Of a stretch of 32,728 bases of DNA, positions 17,829-26,548 are shown one piece after another. This DNA comes from a virus (Duplodnaviria > Heunggongvirae > Uroviricota > Caudoviricetes), in IMG/VR virus record IMGVR_UViG_2663762948_000007, positions 1 to 32,728 of that record; one strand, given 5' to 3'. Below the pieces are notes generated by a model. That model ran no database searches. It worked only from the letters and a program-made list of their open reading frames with translations, and was not told where the DNA came from. Positions within the stretch are counted from its first letter, which is position 1. Each line of letters opens with the position of its first letter. A program made the position numbers and the translations under genes.

Positions 17829-18452
17829 CTAACGTGTGACCGCATTCAAGATATTGTCTGCGATTGACTCTTCCTTGTGGCATTGCATCACCAGAGCGTC
17901 ATACAGCGGCTTAACAGTGCGTGACCAGGTGGGTTGGGTAATGTTTGGGATTAGCATCTTCACAGCGCGATATGCTGCGCTTGCTGGCATCCTTGAATAG
18001 CCGACGCCTTTGCATCTTCCGCACTCTTTCTCGACAACTCTCCCCCACTGCTCTGTTTTTGCTATATCAACCGCACGGCCTGTACCGTGGCAATCTCTGC
18101 ATCTTGCTCCCGGCGTCGCAGCGCTACGGCAATAATCCGCATAAGCGAATGTTGCGAGCACTTGCAGTACCTTTGCCTTAGTATTTCCTTCGAGCTTTGC
18201 CACACCACGGTATTTCCCCGATACCTTGTGTGCAAATTGCATCAGATAGTTGATAGCCTTTTGTTTGTCGTTCTGGCTGAGTTCGTGCTTACCACAGAAT
18301 GCAGCCATTCCGAATCCGGCTTGTGATTGCGCCATCCCCATAGCAGCCATCACATCAGTACCGGAAAGAGAGTCAGAAGCCGTGGCCCGTGGTGAGTCGC
18401 TCATCATCGGGCTTTTTGGCGAATGAAATTTAGCTACACTTTCGAGTCTCAT
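17829..18452 (-). CDS. Q: Late antiterminator Q
   Basis: 207 aa, matches lambda Q from memory. Confidence 0.95.
   Translation of the reverse strand: MRLESVAKFHSPKSPMMSDSPRATASDSLSGTDVMAAMGMAQSQAGFGMAAFCGKHELSQNDKQKAINYLMQFAHKVSGKYRGVAKLEGNTKAKVLQVLATFAYADYCRSAATPGARCRDCHGTGRAVDIAKTEQWGRVVEKECGRCKGVGYSRMPASAAYRAVKMLIPNITQPTWSRTVKPLYDALVMQCHKEESIADNILNAVTR
18152..18185 (+). promoter_or_regulatory. Candidate cII-dependent antisense promoter paQ inside Q
   Basis: TTGC-N6-TTGC (TTGCGAGCACTTGC) on strand opposite to Q. Confidence 0.4.
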
Positions 18453-18637
18453 GGTCTTCCCCTCTTGCCCTGTTTGACCATCAGGACGCCGTTAACTATT
18501 ACGTGACGCTCGCCTTTGCTGTCTCGGTTGCACTTGAGCACTGTTCCTCTTGCGCAGGAAAGCATCCTCGCCACTTCGGTCTGATTGCCTCGTGTCTGGA
18601 TAAGAAGCTCTGGTATCGTTTGAATTGTGGCGTTCAT
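18449..18637 (-). CDS. ninH: NinH-like small DNA-binding protein
   Basis: 62 aa, GNQTEVAR...RGTV motif like lambda NinH. Confidence 0.7.
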   Translation of the reverse strand: MNATIQTIPELLIQTRGNQTEVARMLSCARGTVLKCNRDSKGERHVIVNGVLMVKQGKRGRP

Positions 18638-18996
18638 ACGTTCTCCAGTTCAGTGATTTTTATTCCAAGCCGTCCGCCTGGTACTTTCACACCACGAATT
18701 ACGCGAATGTCATCGAATTGCTCGTCGTCTTCCGCAAATCCGGCGTGGATAAGGGAGTCGAGTAAACCCTTCAGGATGTTATCGAGGTCGCGGCGGCGGG
18801 AGTCTGGAACGTCTGCGATGACTTTGATGCGGAGTCTTGATTTGGTGAAAATGTCTAACTTGAGTTGGCGGATGATTTGCTGAACGTCTTTTCGGTATTT
18901 CTGGCCTTTATCGCTGATGTAGTATTGGCTTCCCCGTCTTCGCCAGTAGGTGTTCAGCGACGGTGGGTATGGAAGTACAAACTGATATTCGTTCAT
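18634..18996 (-). CDS. rusA: Holliday junction resolvase RusA
   Basis: 120 aa; LPYPPSLNTYWRR and DSRRRDLDN motifs. Confidence 0.85.
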   Translation of the reverse strand: MNEYQFVLPYPPSLNTYWRRRGSQYYISDKGQKYRKDVQQIIRQLKLDIFTKSRLRIKVIADVPDSRRRDLDNILKGLLDSLIHAGFAEDDEQFDDIRVIRGVKVPGGRLGIKITELENV

Positions 18997-19283
18997 GGCT
19001 TAATCTTCCCCTCCTTCAGCAGTATCGCCTGCGTCCTGATCACGCCTTCGAGGTGGTAAAGTCTGGCGTCTTTGTTGTCGAGATTATGGGTGCGTCGGTC
19101 GATTTCATCGTGACACGCGCTACAAGCCCATGCGCCGATCAGGTCGTCAGGCTTCATTCCCGTTCCGCAAATTCCAGCCATCCGGTAATGTGCCAGAACT
19201 GTAGTTTCAGGATTGCCATTGCATACGCCGTAAATACGTACCTGGCATTCTCTGCCGCGTGCTTCTTTGCGTAGATTAGCCAT
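18993..19283 (-). CDS. YbcO-like (DUF1364) Cys-rich protein
   Basis: 96 aa; RGRECQVR and CSACHDEIDRR motifs; nin-region position. Confidence 0.6.
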   Translation of the reverse strand: MANLRKEARGRECQVRIYGVCNGNPETTVLAHYRMAGICGTGMKPDDLIGAWACSACHDEIDRRTHNLDNKDARLYHLEGVIRTQAILLKEGKIKP

Positions 19284-20005
19284 TAAGCAGCCTCCCCTGT
19301 TACTTTCAGCATTCCGTTATCGAGCAGCTTTCTGGTCAGCCACTGTTGACCACGCCCGGTGATTTTTGTGGTGAACGATATCTGTATTCCGTGATTTGTG
19401 TTGACCGCTGTTTCTTTCACTGTGAAATAGCCGCGCTCCATATATTCCTGCATTGGCACATTGCGCCGGGAACCTGAAGCAATAAGGATTTTGTGATCGC
19501 GCATCCACGCAAACAGTTTGTTTGGACCAATTCCAACAACCTTTGCAAAGTTTCCAATCAAAATTCCGCTGGCCTCGCCAACGCGATCGGCAAACTCAAC
19601 TTTAGGTGCGGCAATTGCGAGCTGGTTTTCCAGTTGCATTTTCTGCTCAGCAAGATCAGCAGCAAGGCGCAACGCTTCTGGTAGCGTTTTGGGGATATTA
19701 ACCGCAGATTCTTCAAGCTCTCGCCAGCGGTCAACAAGGCGAGCGGTGAACTCTGGCGACAACTGGGCAACAACAACAATACTATCTCGCTTACCTTGTT
19801 CGCCTTCGAAGACGTAATGCTCGTACTGAACATTGAACCCTAAGTTATTGATTCTTTCGGAAACCTCAATTTGAGGAAGCCGGATAACACCATTTTTAGC
19901 CAGCGTTTCGATGGTACGTTTCACATTGTCATGACGCTTACCCACCAACTCAGCGATTTCAATGCTTGTCATTTTGATGGCATTGCCATTTATTAACTCA
20001 TTCAT
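19283..20005 (-). CDS. Rha-family regulatory protein with KilA-C/ANT antirepressor-type C-terminal domain
   Basis: N-terminal MTSIEIAELVGKRHDNVKRTIE (Rha signature); about 120-aa C-terminal ANT-like domain. Confidence 0.7.
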   Translation of the reverse strand: MNELINGNAIKMTSIEIAELVGKRHDNVKRTIETLAKNGVIRLPQIEVSERINNLGFNVQYEHYVFEGEQGKRDSIVVVAQLSPEFTARLVDRWRELEESAVNIPKTLPEALRLAADLAEQKMQLENQLAIAAPKVEFADRVGEASGILIGNFAKVVGIGPNKLFAWMRDHKILIASGSRRNVPMQEYMERGYFTVKETAVNTNHGIQISFTTKITGRGQQWLTRKLLDNGMLKVTGEAA

Positions 20006-20174
20006 CGTCTTCTTCCTCGTACATTGAGCTATTCGGATCGCTCATCAGTTCTGCGCAGCAGTGCTCACACACGTGAACTTCCAGCACATGCAGCTTCTGA
20101 CCGCAGTTAGCGCACGTTAAAGCCCGCTCGACGCTTTCTTTCTGGTATTGGAGGGATTGGGATGGGCTAAGCAT
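19998..20174 (-). CDS. ninF: NinF
   Basis: 58 aa, [40 protein letters not shown]..., matches lambda NinF from memory; below ORF-track threshold. Confidence 0.75.
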   Translation of the reverse strand: MLSPSQSLQYQKESVERALTCANCGQKLHVLEVHVCEHCCAELMSDPNSSMYEEEDDE

Positions 20175-20526
20175 TATTGGCGTCCTGCATCATGAGAAAG
20201 ACAATCATGGCGGCGCGGAGGGAATTTTCATGTATAGCTCGCTTAGATTTACAGTCGGCCACACCACGTGCACCCCACTCGTCTTCATCGAGATTGATAA
20301 TGCTAATCCTGTACTTCTCAATAATCGGCCATGAGGCGCTAGGATCATTGCAGTAGTCAGGTAAAGGGTTTAATGGCTCAAAAGTTGTATCAGCATTTCC
20401 GTAATACCATTTGTTGGTGTTATTCCCTGATGTTTCCGGTTTACATGCCCAAAGGCCTTTAAAAATTATGTCTCCTACCATTCTATTAATTTCAAAATCA
20501 CTTAACTGTGAATAATCCATTGTCAT
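20167..20526 (-). CDS. nin-region hypothetical protein (NinX/YbcN-like?)
   Basis: 119 aa from [16 protein letters not shown]; SD GAGGAA; ATGA overlap with ninD stop. Confidence 0.5.
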   Translation of the reverse strand: MTMDYSQLSDFEINRMVGDIIFKGLWACKPETSGNNTNKWYYGNADTTFEPLNPLPDYCNDPSASWPIIEKYRISIINLDEDEWGARGVADCKSKRAIHENSLRAAMIVFLMMQDANNA

Positions 20527-20699
20527 TTCCTCGCACGATGTCTTAGCCACCGGATATCCCACAGGTGAGCCGTGTAGTTGAAGGTTTTTACGTCAGATTC
20601 TTTCGGGATTGGCTTGCGTTTATTTCTGGAGCGTTTCGTTGGAAGGTATTTGCAGTTTTCGCAGATGATGTCGGTGAAACTTCGTCGCTGTCGCCTCAT
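20523..20699 (-). CDS. ninD: NinD
   Basis: 58 aa [19 protein letters not shown]..., matches lambda NinD; start overlaps methyltransferase stop (ATGA). Confidence 0.75.
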   Translation of the reverse strand: MRRQRRSFTDIICENCKYLPTKRSRNKRKPIPKESDVKTFNYTAHLWDIRWLRHRARK

Positions 20700-21223
20700 G
20701 CCGCCCTCCTGACGCCCTGCCCGATCGCCATCAATGCCGCTTTGGATACGGTAGTAAACATCCGTCGAGGACTGATGAACGGTCGCCAAATCAGCAGCAT
20801 GGAGCCTTTGCTGTTTCCCTTCTTCTCCAGCCCTGTCGATGGTTCGATAAAATTAATCCGTCCATCAGTGATAATGCGAACTTCGTCGACACTCTCCAGA
20901 GCCTTGCTGAACCATCCGACTGACATATCCTCTGGCACAAGCATAACTACCGTCTGTCGCTGTTGTATGCACTGCTCAGCGGCTTTTTCCACCCACGGCC
21001 TGATATTGCTGTACGGTGGGTTATTCCAGATTGCACCGTGGCTTACCCACTCAGAATTGAGCGCGTCGTCGGCCTCAGTTAGCCAGTGAGCACACAGAGC
21101 ATTTTTGTCGCTCGCTGCCGAATCCAGCCAGAATCCAAACTCAATATCCAGTGCATCAAAAAGCCAAAGCGGCGTTTGCCAGCAGTCCTTGTCGTGTGCT
21201 GGCGTATTTGATTTGATAGTCAT
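20696..21223 (-). CDS. Phage DNA N6-adenine methyltransferase (Dam-like)
   Basis: CWQTPLWLF and NPPY motifs; occupies the slot after ninB. Confidence 0.8.
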   Translation of the reverse strand: MTIKSNTPAHDKDCWQTPLWLFDALDIEFGFWLDSAASDKNALCAHWLTEADDALNSEWVSHGAIWNNPPYSNIRPWVEKAAEQCIQQRQTVVMLVPEDMSVGWFSKALESVDEVRIITDGRINFIEPSTGLEKKGNSKGSMLLIWRPFISPRRMFTTVSKAALMAIGQGVRRAA

Positions 21224-21660
21224 GCAGCCCGATCTCCCCATCTCGCTTTCCACTCCAGAGCCAGTCTCGCTTCGTCTGACCACTTAACGCCACGCTCTGT
21301 ACCGAATGCCTGTATAAGCTCTAATAGCTCCGCAAATTCGCCTACACGCATCCTGCTGGTTGACTGGCCTATTACCACAAAGCCATTCCCGGCAAGGTTA
21401 GGAACAACATCCTGCTGCTTTAATGCTGCGGTAAACACACACTTCCAGCTTTCTGCATCCAGCCAGCGACCATGCCATTCAACCTGACGAGAGACGTCAC
21501 CTAAGCAGGCCCATAGCTTCCTGTTTTGGTCTAAGCTGCGGTTGCGTTCCTGAATGGTTACTACGATTGGTTTGGTTGGGTCTGGAAGGATTTGCTGTAC
21601 TGCGTGAATAGCGTTTTGCTGATGTGCTGGAGATCGAATTTCAAAGGTTAGTTTTTTCAT
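21220..21660 (-). CDS. ninB: NinB / Orf recombination mediator
   Basis: Starts MKKLTFEIRSPAHQQNAIHAV, matches lambda NinB. Confidence 0.9.
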   Translation of the reverse strand: MKKLTFEIRSPAHQQNAIHAVQQILPDPTKPIVVTIQERNRSLDQNRKLWACLGDVSRQVEWHGRWLDAESWKCVFTAALKQQDVVPNLAGNGFVVIGQSTSRMRVGEFAELLELIQAFGTERGVKWSDEARLALEWKARWGDRAA

Positions 21661-21679
21661 GACTTCCCTCTCCCCCAAA

Positions 21680-21708
21680 TAAAAAGGCCTGCGATTACCA
21701 GCAGGCCT
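21680..21708 (-). terminator. tR2 intrinsic terminator between ren and ninB
   Basis: Minus strand AGGCCTGC-TGGTAATC-GCAGGCCT followed by TTTTTATTT. Confidence 0.7.
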
Positions 21709-21733
21709 GTTATTAGCTCAGTAATGTAGATGG

Positions 21734-22024
21734 TCATCTTTTAACTCCATATACCGCCAATACCCGTTTCATCGCGGCACTCTGGCGACACTCCTTAAAA
21801 ACCAGGTTCGTGCTCATCTTTCCTTCCCGTTCTTCCCTGGTAGCAAACCGGTAATACACCGTTCGCCAGACCTTACCTTCGATAACCAGAAGACCTGCCC
21901 GTGCCATTTTAGCCGCGGCCTGATTTATGCTGGTTACTGTTGCGCCTGTTAGCGCGGCAACGTCCGGCGCACAGAAGCTATTATGCGTCCCCAGGTAATG
22001 AATAATTGCCTCTTTGCCCGTCAT
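21734..22024 (-). CDS. ren: Ren
   Basis: 96 aa, matches lambda Ren from memory. Confidence 0.9.
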   Translation of the reverse strand: MTGKEAIIHYLGTHNSFCAPDVAALTGATVTSINQAAAKMARAGLLVIEGKVWRTVYYRFATREEREGKMSTNLVFKECRQSAAMKRVLAVYGVKR

Positions 22025-22722
22025 ACACTTGCTCCTTTCAGTCCGAACTTAGCTTTGATTTCTGCGATCTTCGCCAGAGCCTGTGCACGATTTAGAGGTC
22101 TACCGCCCATGACAGGAAGTTGTTTTACTGGTTCAGGGATCGCCTCACCACGGTTAATTCTCGCAGTCATATGGACAAGCTCATCTGCGGCCTTACGGCG
22201 TAATTCCGCATCAGTAAGCGCATTGGCCCGCATGTTCTGATACAGGTTGGTAACCAGCCAGTAGTGCGCGTTTGATTTCCACGGATAAGACTCCGCATCC
22301 GGATACAGGCCTCGCTTCCGGCAATACTCGTAAACCATATCAACCAGCTCGCTGACGTTTGGCAGTCCGGCGATAACGGATGCTTCTTCCCGGCACCATG
22401 CAACAAACTGCCCGGGTGATGGCAGAAATGGTCGATTCTGCCGACGGGCTACGCGCATTCCTGCGTTAACCTGTTCCATTGTGGTGATCCCGTTTTCCCG
22501 GAAAGCCAGAACCCACTGGCGGCGGATTTCGTTCAGTTCGTTCTGGTCACGGTTAGCCAGACTCGCCGGGAAAGTTGCCAGTAACTGGCTGAACACACCG
22601 TTGATGATCTGCGCTACCTGCTGTACCTGTGGCTTTTCGTCGTACTGTTCCGGCATGTTGTTGGCGATCCGACGCATCTGCTCACGGTCAAAGTTAACCA
22701 TCTGTGCGGCGATGTTTTTCAT
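22021..22722 (-). CDS. P: Replication protein P (DnaB helicase loader)
   Basis: 233 aa, matches lambda P. Confidence 0.95.
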   Translation of the reverse strand: MKNIAAQMVNFDREQMRRIANNMPEQYDEKPQVQQVAQIINGVFSQLLATFPASLANRDQNELNEIRRQWVLAFRENGITTMEQVNAGMRVARRQNRPFLPSPGQFVAWCREEASVIAGLPNVSELVDMVYEYCRKRGLYPDAESYPWKSNAHYWLVTNLYQNMRANALTDAELRRKAADELVHMTARINRGEAIPEPVKQLPVMGGRPLNRAQALAKIAEIKAKFGLKGASV

Positions 22723-23618
22723 AGATCCACCCCGTAAATCCAGTCTGTGTTTGTCAGGTCGAGTTTTGATTTGCTGGCTGTCACGACTGCCTGTTGCTTG
22801 TTACGGTTGATTTCGAGCTGGGTCCACTTGTCGCGGAGTTTGGCCGGGCTAAGCACGTTACCGGACCAGAAGTTGTCCTGGCATGCCCAGCGGAACAGTA
22901 CACACATGTCGCGATGGTTACGTCCGTCACGTTCACGCATCAGGCGGATATCGTTAGCCCACCCAGCAAAATTCGGTTTTCTGGCTGATGGTGCGATAGT
23001 CTTCACCATGTCAAACATCCACTCTGCGGCGGTCAGGTCTTCTGCTGTCCCCCACTTGCTGCCGCTCTGAATTGCAGCATCCGGTTTAACCACAGAAAGA
23101 TCGTTTTCTGGCTGGTCAGAGGATTCGCCAGAATTCTCGGACGAATAATCTTTTCTTTTTTCTTTTGTAATAGTGTCTTTTGTGTCCCCCTGTTTTGAGG
23201 GATAGCAATCCCCCAATTTGAGGGATGTTTTATCCCTCGTTTTAGGGGATTTTCCCTCGTTTTGAGGGATGCACCATTCTGAGATGTTTTTATTTGGTCC
23301 AAACATGCCGCCTTGCTGCTTGATAATATTCATTCTGACGAGTTCTAACTTGGCTTCATTGCACCGTTTGACGGGTAACTTTGTAATCTCGCTAAGTTGA
23401 GAATCGGTGATTCTGTCCATTGGTTTATTCCACCCATAGGTTTTACGCAGAATGGCAAGCAGCACTTTAAACTGTCGCTTGGTCAGATCTGCGCCCGAAT
23501 AAGCCTCAAGCAGCATATTTGATAGTCTGGCGTAACCATCATCGAGATCTGCCACATTACGCTCCTGTCCGGCAAAGTTACCTCTGCCGAAGTTGAGTAT
23601 TTTTGCTGTATTTGTCAT
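22719..23618 (-). CDS. O: Replication initiator O
   Basis: 299 aa, matches lambda O; contains ori iterons. Confidence 0.95.
   Translation of the reverse strand: MTNTAKILNFGRGNFAGQERNVADLDDGYARLSNMLLEAYSGADLTKRQFKVLLAILRKTYGWNKPMDRITDSQLSEITKLPVKRCNEAKLELVRMNIIKQQGGMFGPNKNISEWCIPQNEGKSPKTRDKTSLKLGDCYPSKQGDTKDTITKEKRKDYSSENSGESSDQPENDLSVVKPDAAIQSGSKWGTAEDLTAAEWMFDMVKTIAPSARKPNFAGWANDIRLMRERDGRNHRDMCVLFRWACQDNFWSGNVLSPAKLRDKWTQLEINRNKQQAVVTASKSKLDLTNTDWIYGVDL
23140..23275. repeat. ori-lambda: four approx. 19-bp iterons plus AT-rich tract inside O
   Basis: Iterons at 23185-23203, 23208-23226, 23231-23250, 23252-23270 (TCCCCCTGTTTTGAGGGAT-type); adjacent T/A-rich 23140-23180. Confidence 0.85.
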
Positions 23619-23627
23619 AATGACTCC

Positions 23628-23704
23628 TGTTGATAGATCCAGTAATGACCTCAGAACTCCATCTGGATTTGTTCAGAACGCTCGGTTGCCGCCGGGCGTT
23701 TTTT
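23628..23704 (+). ncRNA. oop: OOP antisense RNA (overlaps cII 3' end)
   Basis: Promoter TTGAGT-17-CATAAT at 23591-23619; terminator CGCTCGG-TTGC-CGCCGGGCG + T6 at 23678-23706; matches lambda OOP. Confidence 0.8.
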
Positions 23705-23944
23705 ATTGGTGAGAATCGCAGCAACTTGTCGCGCCAATCGAGCCATGTCGTCGTCAACGACCCCCCATTCAAGAACAGCAAGCAGCATTGAGAACTTTGG
23801 AATCCAGTCCCTCTTCCACCTGCTGATCTGCGACTTATCAACGCCCACAGCTTCCGCTGTCTTCTCAGTTCCAAGCATTGCGATTTTGTTAAGCAACGCA
23901 CTCTCGATTCGTAGAGCCTCGTTGCGTTTGTTTGCACGAACCAT
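23651..23944 (-). CDS. cII: Transcriptional activator cII
   Basis: 97 aa from MVRANKRNEALRIESALLNK, matches lambda cII. Confidence 0.95.
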   Translation of the reverse strand: MVRANKRNEALRIESALLNKIAMLGTEKTAEAVGVDKSQISRWKRDWIPKFSMLLAVLEWGVVDDDMARLARQVAAILTNKKRPAATERSEQIQMEF

Positions 23945-23960
23945 ATGTAAGTATTTCCTT
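23918..23960 (+). promoter_or_regulatory. cII-dependent promoter PRE
   Basis: TTGCGTTTGTTTGC (TTGC-N6-TTGC) at 23922-23935, opposite strand to cII start. Confidence 0.6.
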
Positions 23961-24022
23961 AGATAACAATTGATTGAATGTATGCAAATAAATGCATACA
24001 CCATAGGTGTGGCTTAATTTGA

Positions 24023-24055
24023 TGCCCTTTTTCAGGGCTGGGATGTGTAAGAGCG
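24023..24055 (-). promoter_or_regulatory. nutR (boxA + boxB)
   Basis: Minus strand CGCTCTTACACAT ... AGCCCTGAAAAAGGGCA between cro and cII. Confidence 0.85.
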
Positions 24056-24063
24056 GGAATGTC

Positions 24064-24279
24064 TTAAGCGGCTTTGTGTTCCGGCGGGAACACGTCATCA
24101 AGACTGACTTTTGCGCCCAACTTGTTTAGGCACTCAACAAGAGCACGGCATGTTTTAAGGTCTGGGAAGCGACGACCAGATTCCCAATGTCCGATAGCTC
24201 CCTGTGTGCATCCAACTGCCTTAGCAAGTGTTGTTTGAGAGATATTCAGTGACTCTCGATATTTTCGTAGGTTGCTCAT
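24064..24279 (-). CDS. cro: Cro-like repressor (HTH XRE type, non-lambda)
   Basis: 71 aa from MSNLRKYRESLNISQTTLAKAVG; SD GGAGGG; divergent from cI. Confidence 0.8.
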   Translation of the reverse strand: MSNLRKYRESLNISQTTLAKAVGCTQGAIGHWESGRRFPDLKTCRALVECLNKLGAKVSLDDVFPPEHKAA

Positions 24280-24390
24280 ATGCCCTCCATAGTAACCATG
24301 AAACAATAATACGATATGTACTTTTAGAATGCAAACAAAAAATACATCTTGTGCATGGATGGTTTTAGTACAGAGCGTAATAATAAGGGT
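24280..24390. promoter_or_regulatory. Right operator region with PR (minus: TTGCAT-17-TATTAT) and cI promoter; two copies of an 11-mer operator-like motif
   Basis: TACGATATGTA at 24310-24320 (overlaps PR spacer/-10) and TACAGAGCGTA at 24369-24379. Confidence 0.55.
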
Positions 24391-25050
24391 ATGAAAATGA
24401 AATGGTATGAACTGGCTAGATCCAGAATGAAAGAGCTCGGCATAACTCAAGAGAAGTTAGCTGAAGAGCTTGGTATGACGCAGGGTGGAATTGGTCACTG
24501 GTTGCGCGGATCTCGTCATCCATCTCTTGACGAGATTGGTGTGGTGTTTAAATACCTTGGTATTGATAACGTCTCATTCAACCACGACGGTACATTTTCA
24601 CCTGTTGGCGAATACTCATCTGCCCCCGTTAAAAAACAATATGAGTACCCTGTTTTTTCTCATGTTCAGGCCGGGATGTTCTCGCCTGAGCTTAGAACCT
24701 TTACCAAAGGTGATGCGGAGAGATGGGTCAGCACAACCAAAAAAGCCAGTGATTGTGCGTTCTGGCTTGAAGTTGAAGGTAATTCCATGACCGCGCCAAC
24801 AGGATCCAAGCCAAGCTTTCCTGACGGGATGTTAATTCTCGTTGACCCTGAGCAGGCTGTTGAGCCAGGTGATTTCTGCATAGCCAGACTTGGTGGTGAC
24901 GAGTTTACCTTCAAGAAACTGATCAGGGATAGCGGTCAGGTGTTCCTACAGCCACTAAACCCGCAATATCCAATGATTCCATGCAATGATAGCTGTTCCG
25001 TAGTAGGGAAAGTTATCGCCAGCCAGTGGCCTGAAGAGACATTTAGTTAA
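24391..25050 (+). CDS. cI: CI repressor: non-lambda HTH N-domain fused to lambda-type S24/LexA-like C-domain
   Basis: C-terminal 135 aa match lambda cI from memory ([22 protein letters not shown]...ASQWPEETF); N-terminal 90 aa differ; start at MKMKWY with SD AAGGG (ORF track gives longer 24349 start). Confidence 0.85.
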   Translation: MKMKWYELARSRMKELGITQEKLAEELGMTQGGIGHWLRGSRHPSLDEIGVVFKYLGIDNVSFNHDGTFSPVGEYSSAPVKKQYEYPVFSHVQAGMFSPELRTFTKGDAERWVSTTKKASDCAFWLEVEGNSMTAPTGSKPSFPDGMLILVDPEQAVEPGDFCIARLGGDEFTFKKLIRDSGQVFLQPLNPQYPMIPCNDSCSVVGKVIASQWPEETFS

Positions 25051-25081
25051 CAGCCTCACAACTCTAAAACACACAACAATA

Positions 25082-25109
25082 ACCCGACCTTAGCGTCGGG
25101 TTTTCTTTT
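25082..25109 (+). terminator. Intrinsic terminator after cI
   Basis: CCCGAC-CTTAGC-GTCGGG followed by TTTTCTTTTT. Confidence 0.7.
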
Positions 25110-25127
25110 TCCAAAATATAAACCCAT

Positions 25128-25204
25128 TAAATACAAAGCGTTATAAAAAACTAATTATATTTAGAACATTTTGTATTGACTCGATAAAGTACAAATCGTA
25201 CTAT
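25128..25204 (+). promoter_or_regulatory. Left operator region and pL (TTGACT-17-TACTAT) with two operator-like 11-mers
   Basis: -35 at 25176-25181, -10 at 25199-25204; TACAAATCGTA at 25190-25200 and TACAAAGCGTT at 25131-25141. Confidence 0.55.
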
Positions 25205-25243
25205 TTAGCCATCAGCAGGACGCACTGACCACCATGAAGGTGA

Positions 25244-25274
25244 GGCTCTTAAAAATTAAGCCCTGAAGAAGGGC
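25244..25274 (+). promoter_or_regulatory. nutL (boxA GGCTCTTA + boxB GCCCTGAAGAAGGGC)
   Basis: Matches lambda nutL boxB exactly; boxA one mismatch; upstream of N. Confidence 0.85.
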
Positions 25275-25542
25275 AGCATTCAAAGCAGAAGGCTTTGGGG
25301 TGTGGTGAAGCCAGCTAGTCACTGGCAAGTGCTTACCTACTGTTGAGCGGTGAAGCGCTCCCAACGCTAGCAATAGCGTGGACGAGATGGGGAGCCGCGG
25401 GCGATAAGGCCGCCATAACGCGCACGTTGTCGCATGGAAAAATCGCTGGGGTGCCGGTTATACCCCTCCGAATGAGACTCAACAAGCTGGAGCTAGACTA
25501 CCAGCCACCACACCACCAAAGCTAACTGACAGGAGAATCCAG

Positions 25543-25869
25543 ATGGATGCACAAACACGCCGCCGCGAACGTCGCGCAGAGAAACAGGCTCAATGGAAAG
25601 CAGCAAATCCCCTGTTGGTTGGGGTAAGCGCAAAACCAGTTAACCGCCCTATTCTCTCGCTGAATCGCAAACCGAAATCACGAGTAGAAAGCGCACTGAA
25701 TCCGATAGACCTTACGGTACTGGCTGAATACCACGAACAGATTGAAAGCAACCTGCAACGTATTGAGCGCAAGAATCAGCGCACATGGTACAGCAAGCCA
25801 CGCAGTGAAATGGGTGTGACTTGTTCAGGCCGCCAGAAAATGAAATTAGGCAGCAAACCACTTATTTGA
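25543..25869 (+). CDS. N: Antitermination protein N
   Basis: MDAQTRRRERRAEKQAQWKAAN arginine-rich motif; matches lambda N; SD AGGAG. Confidence 0.95.
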   Translation: MDAQTRRRERRAEKQAQWKAANPLLVGVSAKPVNRPILSLNRKPKSRVESALNPIDLTVLAEYHEQIESNLQRIERKNQRTWYSKPRSEMGVTCSGRQKMKLGSKPLI

Positions 25870-25880
25870 GAGGAATTAAT

Positions 25881-26504
25881 ATGTCATCAATCCGCTTAAC
25901 TACGAGAATGAAAGAGGAAATCGCTCGTAACGCTTTAATTAAGTCTGGGGTTTTCACTGAACTTGAAGAAGTAACAAAGTTAAAGAACCAGCTTGCACTT
26001 GACGCCAGAGTTATTGCGTTTGGCGGTAAAAAGAAAACTGAGGAAGTGGATCAGTTATCATCCAAGTTGGTAGCTATAAGTGAAGAACTTGAAAAGATGG
26101 GATGTTCATTTTACTCATGCGATGTTCGTTCTACTTCGATTTATCTGACTGTATCTGGAAGAAGGGTTGGCTGGCATTCATACGGAAAAGACGGCAACGG
26201 TGAAGATATATTGCTCCCCACCCCAGAAAAAGATAAATGCATGTTTGACGCAGAACACGAAATAACAAAAAGGTTTGATGAAATCTGCGCATTGCAACAA
26301 AACCTTGAAGCCTTGAAAAAGGATATCGAATCAAATGTATGGGCTGCTTTGAACTCAGTCACAACAGTTAAGCGACTTATTGAAGTTTGGCCTGAAAGCA
26401 AAGAGTTACTACCAAAAGAAGCAGATAAAGCAAGTACAGCACTTCCTGCTTTACGGGTAGAAGATTTGAATAAGATGATTGGACTTCCTTCCGAGGCCGC
26501 ATAG
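25881..26504 (+). CDS. Hypothetical 207-aa protein (accessory gene downstream of N)
   Basis: ATG with SD GAGGAA 12 nt after N stop; charged, coiled-coil-like N-terminus; no lambda counterpart recognised. Confidence 0.65.
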   Translation: MSSIRLTTRMKEEIARNALIKSGVFTELEEVTKLKNQLALDARVIAFGGKKKTEEVDQLSSKLVAISEELEKMGCSFYSCDVRSTSIYLTVSGRRVGWHSYGKDGNGEDILLPTPEKDKCMFDAEHEITKRFDEICALQQNLEALKKDIESNVWAALNSVTTVKRLIEVWPESKELLPKEADKASTALPALRVEDLNKMIGLPSEAA

Positions 26505-26519
26505 TCGGCCTTTATTTTT
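26494..26519 (+). terminator. Intrinsic terminator at the stop of the 207-aa gene
   Basis: GGCCG-CATAGT-CGGCC followed by TTTATTTTT. Confidence 0.6.
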
Positions 26520-26548
26520 GGCATAAACAACAGAATAAACACTGCACT

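Noticed and set aside
24064-24450. Long N-terminal extensions given by the ORF track for cro (128 aa), cI (from 24349), ninD (88 aa), ninB, HNH and others
   Set aside because: The extensions run across promoter/operator or upstream-gene sequence; internal ATGs with Shine-Dalgarno sites reproduce the lambda-length proteins.
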